IMG/VR virus record: IMGVR_UViG_3300031521_000009
Source of the DNA: a virus
Length of the DNA: 64,000 nucleotides
Strand: one strand, 5' to 3'
In this document: positions 63,453 to 64,000 of the stretch, one piece after another
Position numbering within the stretch: position 1 is the first letter of the stretch
Layout: each line of letters opens with the position of its first letter
Made by a program: the position numbers and the translations under genes
Notes under the pieces: generated by a model
The model's input: only the letters and a program-made list of their open reading frames with translations
The model's database searches: none
Told to the model about the DNA's origin: nothing

Positions 63453-64000
63453 GACATATATCAATCAGTCATTAATAAAAAAGTTCTTCTACAAAGGAGA
63501 AAAACGTGATTACTGTGCTATGGCCATAAAGGCTAATACTATTGATAAAACAGTAAGTCGGGAATCACTATCAATGACATGTGGTAATTATTTTGAAACA
63601 CAATGTCTGGGTGCTTCTATTGGTGGCAAGAAAACACTTGATTTGCCAAGAAAGAAACTTACTGCTAAGCAAATTCTTGCCGGTCAAACAATAGGTGATA
63701 AAAAAATTGATCAGATACGTATTGACCAGCAAGTGATGATGTTCAACAAACTCAAAACTGAATATCAGATACCAATAGAGAAAGAGATGAATACCCAAGT
63801 CGGTGTAAAGAAAATATGGAGTAAGAATGACAATATTATCTTACAAGGTGAGATTGATATATTCCCTGCTTCTATTGCATTACCGACACGTGGTTTACGA
63901 CTTTGTGCTATTGATTTAAAGCTTACTGGTACATTCTCTGACTATGGTGAGTTCTGTTGGGGTTCTCCAACTAATTTAGACGGCATACAAGGCAAGATGT
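63445..64000 (+). CDS. PD-(D/E)xK exonuclease (RecE/Cas4-like), truncated by the window edge
   Basis: MSKTYINQSLIKKF...GNYFE...LQGEIDI...IDLKLT...W...Q; no stop before 64000. Confidence 0.75.
   Translation, partial: MSKTYINQSLIKKFFYKGEKRDYCAMAIKANTIDKTVSRESLSMTCGNYFETQCLGASIGGKKTLDLPRKKLTAKQILAGQTIGDKKIDQIRIDQQVMMFNKLKTEYQIPIEKEMNTQVGVKKIWSKNDNIILQGEIDIFPASIALPTRGLRLCAIDLKLTGTFSDYGEFCWGSPTNLDGIQGKM

Larger units (their letters stand above)
1..64000. mobile_element. crAss-like (Crassvirales-type) bacteriophage genome segment, probable Bacteroidota host
   Basis: Gene order TerL-portal-scaffold-MCP-ring proteins-IHF-like-muzzle-cargo-giant protein on one strand, divergent replication arm on the other; TAnnTTTG promoters; no host housekeeping genes. 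Confidence 0.88.

Noticed and set aside
40721-63798. Short minus-strand or alternate-frame ORFs in the right arm (e.g. 40721-40939, 51589-52080, 60749-61078, 61593-61943, 63571-63798)
   Set aside because: They lie entirely within well-supported genes on another frame or strand
1-64000. Stop-codon reassignment (TAG or TGA), as in some crAss-like phages
   Set aside because: Long genes are intact under the standard code, TAG terminates the portal (21485) and the gene ending at 17701, TGA is used in ATGA overlaps, and no suppressor tRNA is present

Overview
This 64 kb AT-rich window is a segment of a crAss-like (Crassvirales-type) podovirus genome that probably infects a Bacteroidota host, judged from TAnnTTTG promoters and A-rich leaders without Shine-Dalgarno sites. 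It uses the standard genetic code. Positions 1-35.9 kb (minus strand) form the virion/late arm: tail fibre, lysis genes, terminase, portal, GroES-like co-chaperonin, scaffold, major capsid protein, auxiliary capsid and ring proteins, muzzle/stabilization protein, and cargo proteins, including a giant ORF (>1543 aa) that runs off the left edge and is missing from the ORF track. Positions 36.2-64 kb (mostly plus strand) form the early/replication arm: many small ORFs, Dda-like and DnaB helicases, an HNH-like nuclease, ParB, an adenine methyltransferase, an SMC-like ATPase, an SSB-like protein and a PD-(D/E)xK nuclease. The most unusual signals are: (1) three tRNA-framed RNAs whose anticodon arm is replaced by structured inserts of 31-173 nt; (2) a RyR-domain gene and a Tad2/DUF2829 gene, each preceded by the same pseudoknot-like leader motif (candidate regulated anti-defence sponge module); (3) a peptide + membrane protein + truncated regulator module whose full-length paralog sits 11 kb away in front of a CCC coiled-coil operon; (4) a kissing-loop attenuator-like leader upstream of a putative replication initiator; and (5) a circularly permuted Fib_succ_major domain inserted into a tail-region gene. 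All family assignments come from motif recognition and gene order, not from database searches.
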